64,000 nucleotides of DNA from sequence record OM386662.1; one strand, 5' to 3'. Positions within the stretch are counted from its first letter, which is position 1. The number at the start of each line of letters is the position of its first letter. Of the stretch, positions 29,268-37,733 are shown in pieces. The notes beneath the pieces are model-generated. The model saw only the letters and a program-made list of their open reading frames with translations, did no database searches and was not told the DNA's origin. This stretch comes from Escherichia phage vB_EcoM_ESCO47. The position numbers were made by a program, and so were the translations under genes.

Positions 29268-29570
29268 ATGAAAACATATCAAGAATTTATTACTGAAGCG
29301 CGAGTGAGTGCAGGTAAATTAGAAGCCGCTATAAATAAAAAGGCCCATTCATTTCATGATTTGTCCGATAAAGACCGTAAGAAACTTGTAAGCCTTTATA
29401 TTGACAAAGAGCGTATTCTCGCTCTTCCTGGCGCTAATGAAGGTAAACAGGCCAAGCCTTTGAATGCTGTCGAAAAGAAAATTGATAACTTTGCTTCTAA
29501 ATTTGGTATGTCTATGGATGACCTTCAGCAAGCGGCTATCGAAGCAGCTAAAGTAATTAAAGGTAAATAA
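29268..29570 (+). CDS. Internal head protein family member with capsid targeting sequence
   Basis: N-terminus MKTYQEFITEA. Confidence 0.65.
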   Translation: MKTYQEFITEARVSAGKLEAAINKKAHSFHDLSDKDRKKLVSLYIDKERILALPGANEGKQAKPLNAVEKKIDNFASKFGMSMDDLQQAAIEAAKVIKGK

Positions 29571-29572
29571 CA

Positions 29573-29606
29573 GTTTACTTTCTCCTAGAATTGTGATATT
29601 ATATTC
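29573..29606 (+). promoter_or_regulatory. T4-type early promoter (upstream of denV remnant)
   Basis: GTTTAC ... TGATATTAT. Confidence 0.5.
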
Positions 29607-29627
29607 ATAATTACTTGGGTGGGTAAA

Positions 29628-29756
29628 ATGACTTATATTAATTTGACTTTAGTATCTGAATTTGCTGATCAACATTTAATCGCTGAATATTGTGAATTAC
29701 CATGTGGTTTTGGTGTAATTCGTAAATACGTGGCAAAAATATTTACATTCAAATAA
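29628..29756 (+). pseudogene. denV: denV (endonuclease V, pyrimidine-dimer glycosylase) remnant, truncated after 42 codons
   Basis: [25 protein letters not shown] aligns to recalled T4 Endo[26 protein letters not shown] but Arg3, Arg22, Arg26 are replaced and the frame stops at codon 43. Confidence 0.6.
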
Positions 29757-29902
29757 AATGGGAACAACCTGGACCTCATGATTCTATGAGGGATTCCCGC
29801 CGACCTGTAATAAGGTCGAGCGCAATGCGGTAATGAGTTTACATAGCGAGTCGAAGGACCTAACATGTGCCAAGGAATGGCCCAAACCTAGAGAGAAATA
29901 AT

Positions 29903-30442
29903 ATGAGAACATTTTTAACCGGACCTTATCTATCCCTGATGAATGCTTTTACACACCATTCTGATGCTAGAGTAGAAGAAATTTGTAAGAACGGTTATAT
30001 CCCACCATTTGAAGACGTACTCAAGCAGTACTGTACACTTCGTTTAGACGGTGGCAGACAATCAGGTAAATCAACTGCAGTAACTAATTTTGCCGCTAAT
30101 TGGCTGTACGACGGTGGAACAGTTATTGTTCTTTCTAATACTTCAGCTTATGCTAAAATTTCTGCTGGCAACATTGAAAAAGAATTTTCTCGTTATTCTA
30201 GCGATGATATTCGATTCCGTTTATTTACTGATTCTGTCCGTAGTTTTATTGGCAATGAAGGTTCTAAATTCCGTGGATTAACGCTTTCTCGTATTCTGTA
30301 TATAATTGACGAGCCTATTAAAGCTCCTGATATGGATAAGATTTACAATGCCCATATTAAAACAGTACAGCACTGCTGCAAAAGCAAATATTGCATCGGC
30401 GGTATTGCTCGTCCTCAATTTTTTGTGATAGGAATGCAATGA
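29903..30442 (+). CDS. P-loop NTPase-like hypothetical protein
   Basis: Walker A-like GGRQSGKST; start set at MRTFLTG with AGAGAG RBS. Confidence 0.5.
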   Translation: MRTFLTGPYLSLMNAFTHHSDARVEEICKNGYIPPFEDVLKQYCTLRLDGGRQSGKSTAVTNFAANWLYDGGTVIVLSNTSAYAKISAGNIEKEFSRYSSDDIRFRLFTDSVRSFIGNEGSKFRGLTLSRILYIIDEPIKAPDMDKIYNAHIKTVQHCCKSKYCIGGIARPQFFVIGMQ

Positions 30443-30792
30443 CAACAGTAGAAGTTTTTGAGTATTGTTACGCCAGCCCAGTGTGTAATAAACGAGCTCT
30501 CGTAGAAAATTATGAGATCTATCATTTTAAACCTAAACGATACCGTTTGACTAAAGGACCTTTTAAAGGTGAAGAAGTTCTTTGCACAGCTCCTAATGCA
30601 CGGTTGATGACTAGTATTCCGCATTTCAAAATGGAATTCATAGGACGTAAATACAAAGGGTTGATTACACAAAGTCTGATGGCTTATGACTCTGATCCGA
30701 TTTTGATGGAACCTACTGAATTTAAATCGTATTATTCTGGTTCTGTAAAGACCGTTGAAAATAATTCTTTTACGGTGGCATATCATGGCTAA
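30439..30792 (+). CDS. Hypothetical protein
   Basis: ATGA-coupled start MTTVEVFEY (ORF-track start 30391 upstream). Confidence 0.45.
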   Translation: MTTVEVFEYCYASPVCNKRALVENYEIYHFKPKRYRLTKGPFKGEEVLCTAPNARLMTSIPHFKMEFIGRKYKGLITQSLMAYDSDPILMEPTEFKSYYSGSVKTVENNSFTVAYHG

Positions 30793-31003
30793 ATTGACTA
30801 TTGAAGGCTCTGATGAAGCTTTGAAAAGATTCGTTGAATGGTTTAATGGACCTGGTGAACAAGACTTTCTGGAAGTCCAGGACGGTGGTCAATGGAATGG
30901 CAAAGAAATGGTTTATCCGACCACTTATATCTCTGTTCAGGGTTGGACCGACGGACTTCGTTTAGTAGAATATGATATTGCAACAAGTGAGGAAGTGAAA
31001 TGA
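30785..31003 (+). CDS. Hypothetical protein
   Basis: Start MAKLTIEG overlapping previous stop. Confidence 0.4.
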   Translation: MAKLTIEGSDEALKRFVEWFNGPGEQDFLEVQDGGQWNGKEMVYPTTYISVQGWTDGLRLVEYDIATSEEVK

Positions 31004-31263
31004 TTGAAGATATTAAGGGTTACAAACCGCATACCGATGAAAAAATAGGTAAAGTAAATGCTATCAAAGACGCGGAAGTCCGTCTTGGGTTGTTGTTTGA
31101 TGCTCTGATTGAAGAAGCATATATCTTGAAAGAAAATGAAACAGAGCAACAAACCAAAGAAGATATGGGTGCAGTGCAGGCTCTTAAGTATGCTAAGCAA
31201 CATCTAAAAGAAGCCAGCATGTGGGCTTGTCGCGCAGTTTTCCGACCTGAAGAAAAATACTAA
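31000..31263 (+). CDS. Hypothetical protein
   Basis: 87-aa ORF, ATGA-coupled. Confidence 0.45.
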   Translation: MIEDIKGYKPHTDEKIGKVNAIKDAEVRLGLLFDALIEEAYILKENETEQQTKEDMGAVQALKYAKQHLKEASMWACRAVFRPEEKY

Positions 31264-31267
31264 AACT

Positions 31268-31307
31268 GTTTACTTCTCCTCTAGTTGTGTTACTATAGAC
31301 CTGTCAA
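31268..31307 (+). promoter_or_regulatory. T4-type early promoter (regB)
   Basis: GTTTAC ... TGTTACTAT ... CCTGTCAA. Confidence 0.55.
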
Positions 31308-31324
31308 TTAGAGGAGAAATCAAA

Positions 31325-31783
31325 ATGACAATCAATTCAGAAGTTTTCATTCGTCGCAACAAACTCCGTCGAATCTTCGAATCGGAGTTCCGTCAAATCA
31401 ACGCCGATATCAAGAACTCTGCAAAAGCTCTTGGTATCACAGGCTTTCATATCAAGTATTCTCAACATCTTTTAGATCGTGCTATTCAACGTGAAATCGA
31501 TGAGAACTACGTTTTTGAATTATTCCGTAAAGTAAAAAATCATGTTAAAGAAGTTGCAGAATTTTTATCAATGCCAGCACGTCCTGATGTTGACGAAGAT
31601 TTTGTCGAAGGAGTTGAGTATCGTCCAGGACGTTTAGAAATAACCGATGGAAATCTTTGGTTAGGACTTACTGTCTGTCGAGAAAATCCTGCATTTGAAA
31701 TGAAAACTCTCCAATGCAGAATGGCTATTATCAATAGCAAACGACTACCTGGAAAAGCTTCAAAAGCAGTGATTAAAATCTAG
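31325..31783 (+). CDS. regB: Endoribonuclease RegB
   Basis: MTINSEVFIRRNKLRRIFESEFRQIN...RMAIINSKRLPGKASKAVIKI matches recalled T4 RegB; own early promoter. Confidence 0.9.
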   Translation: MTINSEVFIRRNKLRRIFESEFRQINADIKNSAKALGITGFHIKYSQHLLDRAIQREIDENYVFELFRKVKNHVKEVAEFLSMPARPDVDEDFVEGVEYRPGRLEITDGNLWLGLTVCRENPAFEMKTLQCRMAIINSKRLPGKASKAVIKI

Positions 31784-31791
31784 AGGTAAAC

Positions 31792-32334
31792 ATGAGAAAA
31801 GCACTACTCGCTGGTCTGTTAGCACTATCTTTAAATGCATACAGCTCCGAGCATACTTTCAGTAATGTCCAACTCGATAACTTGAAATACGCTTATCAGT
31901 TTGGGGAACAGTTTTCTAAGGATGGAAAATTTAAAACGCACGAAAATATGCATAAGAAAGGTCTTGGTTATATAATGGCTGCGATACTATGGCAAGAGTC
32001 GTCAGCAGGTATAAATGTCAAAGACAAAAAGGGACACCATTCTTATGGTATGTTTCAAAATTATTTACCGACAATGAAATCAAGAACAAAGGAACTCGGA
32101 TATAATATGTCCGATTCTCAAATTAAGAAAATGCTATCTAAGCGGTCTAATTCAGCAAGATGGGCTTATATCGAATTTTCTTATTGGTTAAATATACATA
32201 ATGGGGATATAAGAAAAGCTATATCTTCGTATAATGCGGGATGGAACCAAAAAGCAGGCCAGAAATATGCTAGTGAAGTCCTGGAAAAGGCTAATTACCT
32301 TAAATCGCATAAACTACTGGAAACACACGAATGA
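31792..32334 (+). CDS. Secreted lytic transglycosylase-like protein (T4 vs.1 position)
   Basis: N-terminal signal peptide MRKALLAGLLALSLNA; WQESSAG motif reminiscent of transglycosylase catalytic Glu. Confidence 0.5.
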   Translation: MRKALLAGLLALSLNAYSSEHTFSNVQLDNLKYAYQFGEQFSKDGKFKTHENMHKKGLGYIMAAILWQESSAGINVKDKKGHHSYGMFQNYLPTMKSRTKELGYNMSDSQIKKMLSKRSNSARWAYIEFSYWLNIHNGDIRKAISSYNAGWNQKAGQKYASEVLEKANYLKSHKLLETHE

Positions 32335-32675
32335 CCAAAATATTGCTTTTATTGGTTAGTATAGCTTCATTTGCAGCAAACGCAGTCACCAAATATGCGG
32401 AAGTTGTGGAGTATACAAATAGAACGTCTTCTGATTATTGTGGTAAAAACAAAGCGTGCCAGGTGGATTTTGCACAAAAACTTTTATATGCATACAAAGA
32501 TGGAGAAAAAGACGGAATGTCTCCCTATAAGTCAGAGACATTAATTAAACGATACAATAAAAAATGGCAAGTACTAGAATGTTCGGCAGCGGCACCAAAG
32601 GATAAAGCATTATGTGATTCTATGGTAGACCGCTTAGTTGATTCATATACAAGAGGACTAACTTCTTGTGATTAA
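32331..32675 (+). CDS. Small exported protein at the T4 vs (valyl-tRNA synthetase modifier) position
   Basis: 114 aa with hydrophobic N-terminus; assignment by synteny only. Confidence 0.35.
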   Translation: MTKILLLLVSIASFAANAVTKYAEVVEYTNRTSSDYCGKNKACQVDFAQKLLYAYKDGEKDGMSPYKSETLIKRYNKKWQVLECSAAAPKDKALCDSMVDRLVDSYTRGLTSCD

Positions 32676-33135
32676 AAACTATATCAAGGGCGATATCGTC
32701 GCCCTGTTTTCTGAAGGTAAAAATATTGCTCATGGGTGCAATTGTTTCCATACAATGGCTGCCGGTGTAGCAGGTCAATTGGCTAAAGCTTTTCCTAAAA
32801 TATTAGAAGCTGATAAGCTTCAAACCGAATGGGGTGATGAGACTAAACTTGGTTCATTTTCTGTTTACGAAAAGTATTTTAAAACTCATAAGGCATATTG
32901 CTTTAATCTTTATACACAGTTTGAGCCGGGACCTAATTTTGAGTACTCTGCTTTAATGAATTGTATGTTAGAATTAAATGACTTCGGTAAAAATAAATTA
33001 GCTAAACCGGTAATTTATATGCCACGAATTGGAGCCGGAATTGGTGGTGGAAATTGGGATGTCATCGAAGAGATTTTAGATACGTATTCCACTAAACTAG
33101 AAATTGTGATTGTTGATTGGGAACCGTTATTATGA
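32668..33135 (+). CDS. Macro-domain protein (TARG1/DarG-like ADP-ribose processing fold)
   Basis: GDIVALFSEGKNIAHGCNCFHTMAAGVAGQLAKAFP and later PRIGAGIGGGNW resemble macro-domain signatures. Confidence 0.55.
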   Translation: MIKNYIKGDIVALFSEGKNIAHGCNCFHTMAAGVAGQLAKAFPKILEADKLQTEWGDETKLGSFSVYEKYFKTHKAYCFNLYTQFEPGPNFEYSALMNCMLELNDFGKNKLAKPVIYMPRIGAGIGGGNWDVIEEILDTYSTKLEIVIVDWEPLL

Positions 33136-33344
33136 ATATACATTATCCACATCCATATGACCCAAAGAATAAGGCAGTAATTATTCGTCAATGGGAACGC
33201 ATTTGTCGTACCAAATGTCCAATTAATAGTCCACATGATGTAGATAAAGACTACATCGGAACATTAGTTGAATATACCTTTATTGATAAGAAAGGCCGTA
33301 AACAACATGTAGAAGAATATTGCTTAAAGGTGACATGGCTATGA
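33132..33344 (+). CDS. Hypothetical protein
   Basis: ATGA-coupled start MNIHYPH. Confidence 0.4.
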   Translation: MNIHYPHPYDPKNKAVIIRQWERICRTKCPINSPHDVDKDYIGTLVEYTFIDKKGRKQHVEEYCLKVTWL

Positions 33345-33547
33345 GTCAAACAAAAATTCTTACAGGTGCTAAATGCGAAAAATGCGAATGGCCTGTAGTT
33401 TTTGCTTTATGCAATGACGAAATGGCTTGTGATTTTGATTATTGGTGTTACTGTTCGAACAAAGGTTGTAGCAATCATAAAGGTGAAGGTTTTTACTCAG
33501 GATTTTACCCTTACCCAGATTTCGTTAAAGAAGGTGAACCTAAATGA
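33341..33547 (+). CDS. Cys-rich hypothetical protein (possible zinc ribbon)
   Basis: CEKCEWP...CNDEMACDFDYWCYCSNKGCSNH. Confidence 0.4.
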   Translation: MSQTKILTGAKCEKCEWPVVFALCNDEMACDFDYWCYCSNKGCSNHKGEGFYSGFYPYPDFVKEGEPK

Positions 33548-33726
33548 AATTAACTAAAGAAGAGAAAGCTAAACTGTTCGAACTTATCCATGACCTATTG
33601 GATGAGCAAGCAGCCACCAATGCGTACGATGAATATGCTCCTTTAACAGATGAAGAATATCAAGCATTGATGGAATCATTTGACAGGAAAGAACAAGAAC
33701 TCATTGACTACGTGAATTCACTATAA
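33544..33726 (+). CDS. Hypothetical acidic protein
   Basis: 60-aa ATGA-coupled ORF. Confidence 0.4.
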   Translation: MKLTKEEKAKLFELIHDLLDEQAATNAYDEYAPLTDEEYQALMESFDRKEQELIDYVNSL

Positions 33727-33735
33727 GGGACTCTT

Positions 33736-34317
33736 ATGGCTAGTTTAATTTTTACATATGCCGCTATGAACGCTGGTAAGTCTGCTTCATTACTTACTGC
33801 CGCACACAACTATAAAGAACGTGGCATGGGTGTATTAGTTCTTAAACCGGCTATTGATACTCGCGATTCAAAAGGTGAAATAGTCTCTCGTATTGGTATT
33901 CGTCAGGATGCCAATATAATTACAAAAGACATGGATATCTTTGAATTCTATAAATGGGCTGCAGCACAAAAGGATATTCATTGTGTATTTGTTGATGAAG
34001 CTCAGTTCTTAACTACTGAAAAGGTGTATCAACTTAGTCGTATTGTTGACGTGTACAATGTGCCGGTAATGGCATATGGACTACGAACAGATTTTAAAGG
34101 TAATCTATTTGAAGGTTCTCAAGCATTAATGGCTATTGCCGATAAGCTTGTTGAACTTAAAGGTGTCTGTCATTGTGGTAAAAAGGCCACAATGGTAGCT
34201 AGAGTCACGGAAGACGGACTTCCAATTACAGACGGCAGTCAAATTGAAATTGGTGATACCGATAGATATGTGTCATTATGCCGGAAGCATTGGAACGATT
34301 TGACAGGATTGTTATAA
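33736..34317 (+). CDS. tk: Thymidine kinase
   Basis: MASLIFTYAAMNAGKSASLLTAAHNYKERG... near-identical to recalled T4 Tk; P-loop and C-terminal CHCG zinc motif. Confidence 0.95.
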   Translation: MASLIFTYAAMNAGKSASLLTAAHNYKERGMGVLVLKPAIDTRDSKGEIVSRIGIRQDANIITKDMDIFEFYKWAAAQKDIHCVFVDEAQFLTTEKVYQLSRIVDVYNVPVMAYGLRTDFKGNLFEGSQALMAIADKLVELKGVCHCGKKATMVARVTEDGLPITDGSQIEIGDTDRYVSLCRKHWNDLTGLL

Positions 34318-34344
34318 ATACTAATATCTAACTAAGAGGTGTAT

Positions 34345-34557
34345 ATGCAGCATTTAAACGAAAGACAACTTCGTAATCTTACTGTTAGCCAATTAGATGA
34401 AATTCGAAGAGAGATTGGACATTCAATTTCTCATTTAAAAGAAGATATCCGTCAAACTGGTTCTAAAGCAGATTATACCCGTATGCGTAAGCTGGAAAAA
34501 TACCTCACAGATGTTAAGGCCGTCCAAAGGCGTAAAATTAATACAGGTCAAAAATAA
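34345..34557 (+). CDS. Hypothetical protein (T4 rI.-1 position)
   Basis: First ATG after AAGAGG RBS. Confidence 0.45.
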   Translation: MQHLNERQLRNLTVSQLDEIRREIGHSISHLKEDIRQTGSKADYTRMRKLEKYLTDVKAVQRRKINTGQK

Positions 34558-34569
34558 CAGGAGGCCGTT

Positions 34570-34869
34570 ATGGCCTTAAGAGCAATGGCCTTATTGGCAA
34601 TGCTTGGGTTGTTTGTAGCAACTACACCTTTTGTAAGTACTGCATATGTTGACCCACATTTTGATAACTATATGGAATCAGGGATTAAAAATGTTTATTC
34701 TCTATTTGAAATCCATAATGTAGAGAATTCTGAAAAATTTTATTCTTATATGGCTAAAAGTTTTAAAGCTAATCCCTGTCAAGATGCATTTGAATGCCAT
34801 GAACAAGGAACCAGAACCGCTAGACAGTTCGCAGAGTTTATGAATATAAAATTAAACGACTCATTCTGA
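34570..34869 (+). CDS. rI: Lysis inhibition regulator RI
   Basis: MALRAMALLAMLGLFVATTPFVSTAYVDPHFDNYMESGI... matches recalled T4 RI; N-terminal membrane anchor. Confidence 0.85.
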   Translation: MALRAMALLAMLGLFVATTPFVSTAYVDPHFDNYMESGIKNVYSLFEIHNVENSEKFYSYMAKSFKANPCQDAFECHEQGTRTARQFAEFMNIKLNDSF

Positions 34870-34893
34870 TGCATTTTAAATGCGACATAATCA

Positions 34894-34922
34894 AAGTCCC
34901 TTCCGAAAGGTTGGGACTTTTT
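34894..34922 (+). terminator. Intrinsic terminator after rI
   Basis: AAGTCCC-TTCCGAAAGGTT-GGGACTT followed by TTTT; same loop as terminator at 19814. Confidence 0.7.
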
Positions 34923-34933
34923 GGCATTTAGCA

Positions 34934-34974
34934 GTTTACATCTCGGTAAAATGGTGTTATAGTAGTCCTATCAA
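34934..34974 (+). promoter_or_regulatory. T4-type early promoter
   Basis: GTTTAC ... TGTTATAGT ... CCTATCAA. Confidence 0.55.
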
Positions 34975-34991
34975 ATAAAGAGGAGAACAAA

Positions 34992-35099
34992 ATGAAACTT
35001 TTGCTTATTGTATATGTTGTGATACAATACAACTATCCGATGTTCACATTCAATATGGTGAACAATATAATAAATCTTATTGAGAAGAGCATACAATGA
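34992..35099 (+). CDS. Small hydrophobic peptide (35 aa)
   Basis: GAGGAG RBS, ATGA-coupled to next gene; below ORF-track size cutoff. Confidence 0.35.
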   Translation: MKLLLIVYVVIQYNYPMFTFNMVNNIINLIEKSIQ

Positions 35100-35305
35100 G
35101 TTTATACGATCCTAGCGGTGATTCTGAAAATGGCGTTATCCTTTTAAAAGGTGAACGAACCAAAGAAATGGATATTGATGATGTTGAAGTGTCAAGTTGG
35201 ACCTTGATACCTGGTGGGATTTGTCTTGAACAGGACGATAACTTCATTTGCCTAGACGCTGGCCAAGTAGAAGCTCTCTATAGTATTTTAAAACATAACC
35301 GTTAA
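35096..35305 (+). CDS. Hypothetical acidic protein
   Basis: 69-aa ORF. Confidence 0.45.
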   Translation: MSLYDPSGDSENGVILLKGERTKEMDIDDVEVSSWTLIPGGICLEQDDNFICLDAGQVEALYSILKHNR

Positions 35306-35317
35306 GAGGAAATTATT

Positions 35318-35872
35318 ATGATTATTGAAACATCTGTTCTGTTTGGCGACCTGACAGCCGATGTAATTGATAATGCAATCGTGCTTAAACAAGAAGATGA
35401 TACAGTTGTTCTGACCATCCGGGATATTCAGAGTCTGTACGACTTGTCTATTATTGACACAGAGCAATATATTAGAGCGAACAGTCGACTTTTTAAAATC
35501 AATGATGAAGTCGTTGCCCGGTTACATCGTGGTGAAAACGGTTTTAATCTGGAAACCGAATGGGTTTGTTTATCCATTAATAACCGTTCAGAATTTTTAG
35601 AGAAAATTTTTAAACTGTTCCAAGAAGAGTGTGTACCTGAGCTTGAGTGGAAAGTCCCGGGTTGTGATGCAGTTATGCATTCAAGCGAAACCTTTGAAGG
35701 TGATGAAGAAGGTGATTATAATACTGAATTCAGTGTCCACCAACATCAAGGTCGCGATATGTTATCTATCATCCAAACCCACGATGGTGAAGCTGAAGTA
35801 GTATTCACTAAAGACGAATTGAAAGTTCTGGTAAAATACCTGAACACTATTATCCCAACTATGAACGCGTAA
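35318..35872 (+). CDS. Hypothetical protein
   Basis: 184-aa ORF with AAGAGG RBS. Confidence 0.5.
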   Translation: MIIETSVLFGDLTADVIDNAIVLKQEDDTVVLTIRDIQSLYDLSIIDTEQYIRANSRLFKINDEVVARLHRGENGFNLETEWVCLSINNRSEFLEKIFKLFQEECVPELEWKVPGCDAVMHSSETFEGDEEGDYNTEFSVHQHQGRDMLSIIQTHDGEAEVVFTKDELKVLVKYLNTIIPTMNA

Positions 35873-35881
35873 GGAATTATT

Positions 35882-36322
35882 ATGATTATTAATACAAACT
35901 CTTGGCACGCTAAATTACACGACCATTTTTATGACTGTCATTCTCGACCACACTCTTTATGTGCTTACTTCTGGAAAATTGTATGGGTCTGCTTTATTTG
36001 TTCTGTGCTTGCAGGCAGTACAGTCTTCGGTTTAACTGTTGCAGGTGCTGGTGTATTAGAGCATTTCTTTGTATTAAGTACTCCTGTTAGTTTGAGTCTT
36101 GGGTTTGTTTTAGGGCTGGCTATACTAGCGGTAGCATTTGGTTTAATGTACAGTCTAATGAATTTATGGTCCTGGTACGATTTACGTAAAGAAGAAAAAG
36201 AATTAGAACGAATTAAAGCCAAGCGTGAAGGCCGAGAAACTAAAGAAAACGTTTTCATTCAATATATCAAAGCTTGTAAATCTAAGATGTGTCCGGTAAT
36301 CCACTTCGAGGACATTAAATGA
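35882..36322 (+). CDS. Membrane protein
   Basis: AAGGA RBS; multiple TM segments; charged tail. Confidence 0.5.
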   Translation: MIINTNSWHAKLHDHFYDCHSRPHSLCAYFWKIVWVCFICSVLAGSTVFGLTVAGAGVLEHFFVLSTPVSLSLGFVLGLAILAVAFGLMYSLMNLWSWYDLRKEEKELERIKAKREGRETKENVFIQYIKACKSKMCPVIHFEDIK

Positions 36323-37305
36323 GAACTGTTATGAAGGGCTATTTTGGCTCACATCTTTATGGAACTAGTACGCCAGAATCTGACGTTGATTTTAAAGAAA
36401 TTTATGTCCCTCATGCTCGTGATATCTTGACCGGTAACGTTAAAGAACATATGAGCAAGAACACGAATAACACATCTTCTAAGAACACAAAAGACGACGT
36501 GGACCATGAGTTGTATAGTCTCAAATATTTCTTTAAACTAGCTGCGGACGGCGAAACCGTCGCATTAGATATGCTTCACACTCCACAAAGTCTAGTAGTT
36601 AAATCTGATTTGCCTGATGTATGGAAGTATATTCAAGATAACAGGTCTCGTTTCTATACAACTAACATGAAATCTTATTTAGGGTATGTCCGTAAGCAAG
36701 CTTCCAAATATGGTGTTAAGGGTTCTCGATTGGCTGTTCTTCGTCAAGCCCTTAAACGTTCTAATGAACGGGGACAATACTTTGATAATGGTGCAGTAAT
36801 TCGTTTATCACATATGAAGAATGTTCTGCCTGTAGGTGAATTTGCTTCGTGGGTTGAAACCGAAAACGAGAAAACAGGTAAGCAAACATTCTATAATCTG
36901 TTAGACCGTAAATTCCAAGACACGTTAACCAATAAAGAGTTCAATGCCATCCTGGTTAAACTGGAAGAGAACTATGGTGAACGTGCTCGTAAGGCGGAAG
37001 CCAACGAAGGTATTGACTGGAAAGCATTGAGTCATGCATGTCGTGGTGGACTTCAACTATTGGAAATTTACAAAACCGGCGACCTGGTTTACCCACTTCA
37101 GGATGCTCCATTTATTCTCGATGTTAAGCTTGGTAAACATACATTTAAAACTGTACAAGAATTCCTAGAAGATATCGTTGACCAAGTTGAACAAGCATCA
37201 GAACAAGCCGCTAAGAACGGTATGCAACAAAAAGTAGATATGAGTTTCTGGGATGATTTCCTTGAGCAAGTCTATCTCGAAAATCATAATTCTTACTATA
37301 AATAG
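36319..37305 (+). CDS. Predicted nucleotidyltransferase-fold protein
   Basis: N-terminal GSHLYGTSTPESDVDF fits the nucleotidyltransferase GS...DxD signature; paralogous architecture to 24354-25310. Confidence 0.5.
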   Translation: MRTVMKGYFGSHLYGTSTPESDVDFKEIYVPHARDILTGNVKEHMSKNTNNTSSKNTKDDVDHELYSLKYFFKLAADGETVALDMLHTPQSLVVKSDLPDVWKYIQDNRSRFYTTNMKSYLGYVRKQASKYGVKGSRLAVLRQALKRSNERGQYFDNGAVIRLSHMKNVLPVGEFASWVETENEKTGKQTFYNLLDRKFQDTLTNKEFNAILVKLEENYGERARKAEANEGIDWKALSHACRGGLQLLEIYKTGDLVYPLQDAPFILDVKLGKHTFKTVQEFLEDIVDQVEQASEQAAKNGMQQKVDMSFWDDFLEQVYLENHNSYYK

Positions 37306-37332
37306 ATAAATAACTCTTAACTTGAGGTAAAT

Positions 37333-37614
37333 ATGAAAAAATTAGTAATTGGTTTATTTGCAGTAATGATGGCGTTCTCTGTTGGTGCTACCACGGGTGC
37401 TACCAGCGGTAGTGCAGGCGCTGGTGGTAACCAGTCTTCTGGGCCTTCCAATGGTTCGGTAAATGCGTCACATTCTCAGGGTATTGAGAACATTAAATCA
37501 AGCTATATTAATAGCACGGCCGGACAAGCAACTGAAGCATGGTCAAAGGGTCGAGTAGTTACTCGCTCCGTATTCTGTGATATGCCTAATTATGTTGCTA
37601 AGTGCGATAAGTAA
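37333..37614 (+). CDS. Secreted Gly/Ser-rich protein
   Basis: Signal peptide MKKLVIGLFAVMMAFSVGA; GAGG RBS. Confidence 0.5.
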   Translation: MKKLVIGLFAVMMAFSVGATTGATSGSAGAGGNQSSGPSNGSVNASHSQGIENIKSSYINSTAGQATEAWSKGRVVTRSVFCDMPNYVAKCDK

Positions 37615-37618
37615 ATGT

Positions 37619-37638
37619 GGGGACCTTCGGGTCCCTTT
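37619..37638 (+). other. C(UUCG)G tetraloop RNA hairpin
   Basis: GGGGACC-TTCG-GGTCCC followed by TTT, after ORF 37333-37614. Confidence 0.6.
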
Positions 37639-37666
37639 AGGGGGTTAAAATATTTTTAAAAAAGTA

Positions 37667-37704
37667 GTGTACATGCTTTTAGGATATGTTATTATAGACC
37701 TATC
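37667..37704 (+). promoter_or_regulatory. Early/middle promoter (variant)
   Basis: GTGTACATGCTTTT ... TGTTATTAT ... CCTATCGAA. Confidence 0.35.
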
Positions 37705-37733
37705 GAAACGAAATGAGTAAATTGGAGAATAAA

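Noticed and set aside
29669-29866. 65-aa minus-strand ORF across the GC-rich segment after the denV remnant
   Set aside because: No start context, Arg/Pro-rich composition typical of translating GC-rich non-coding DNA
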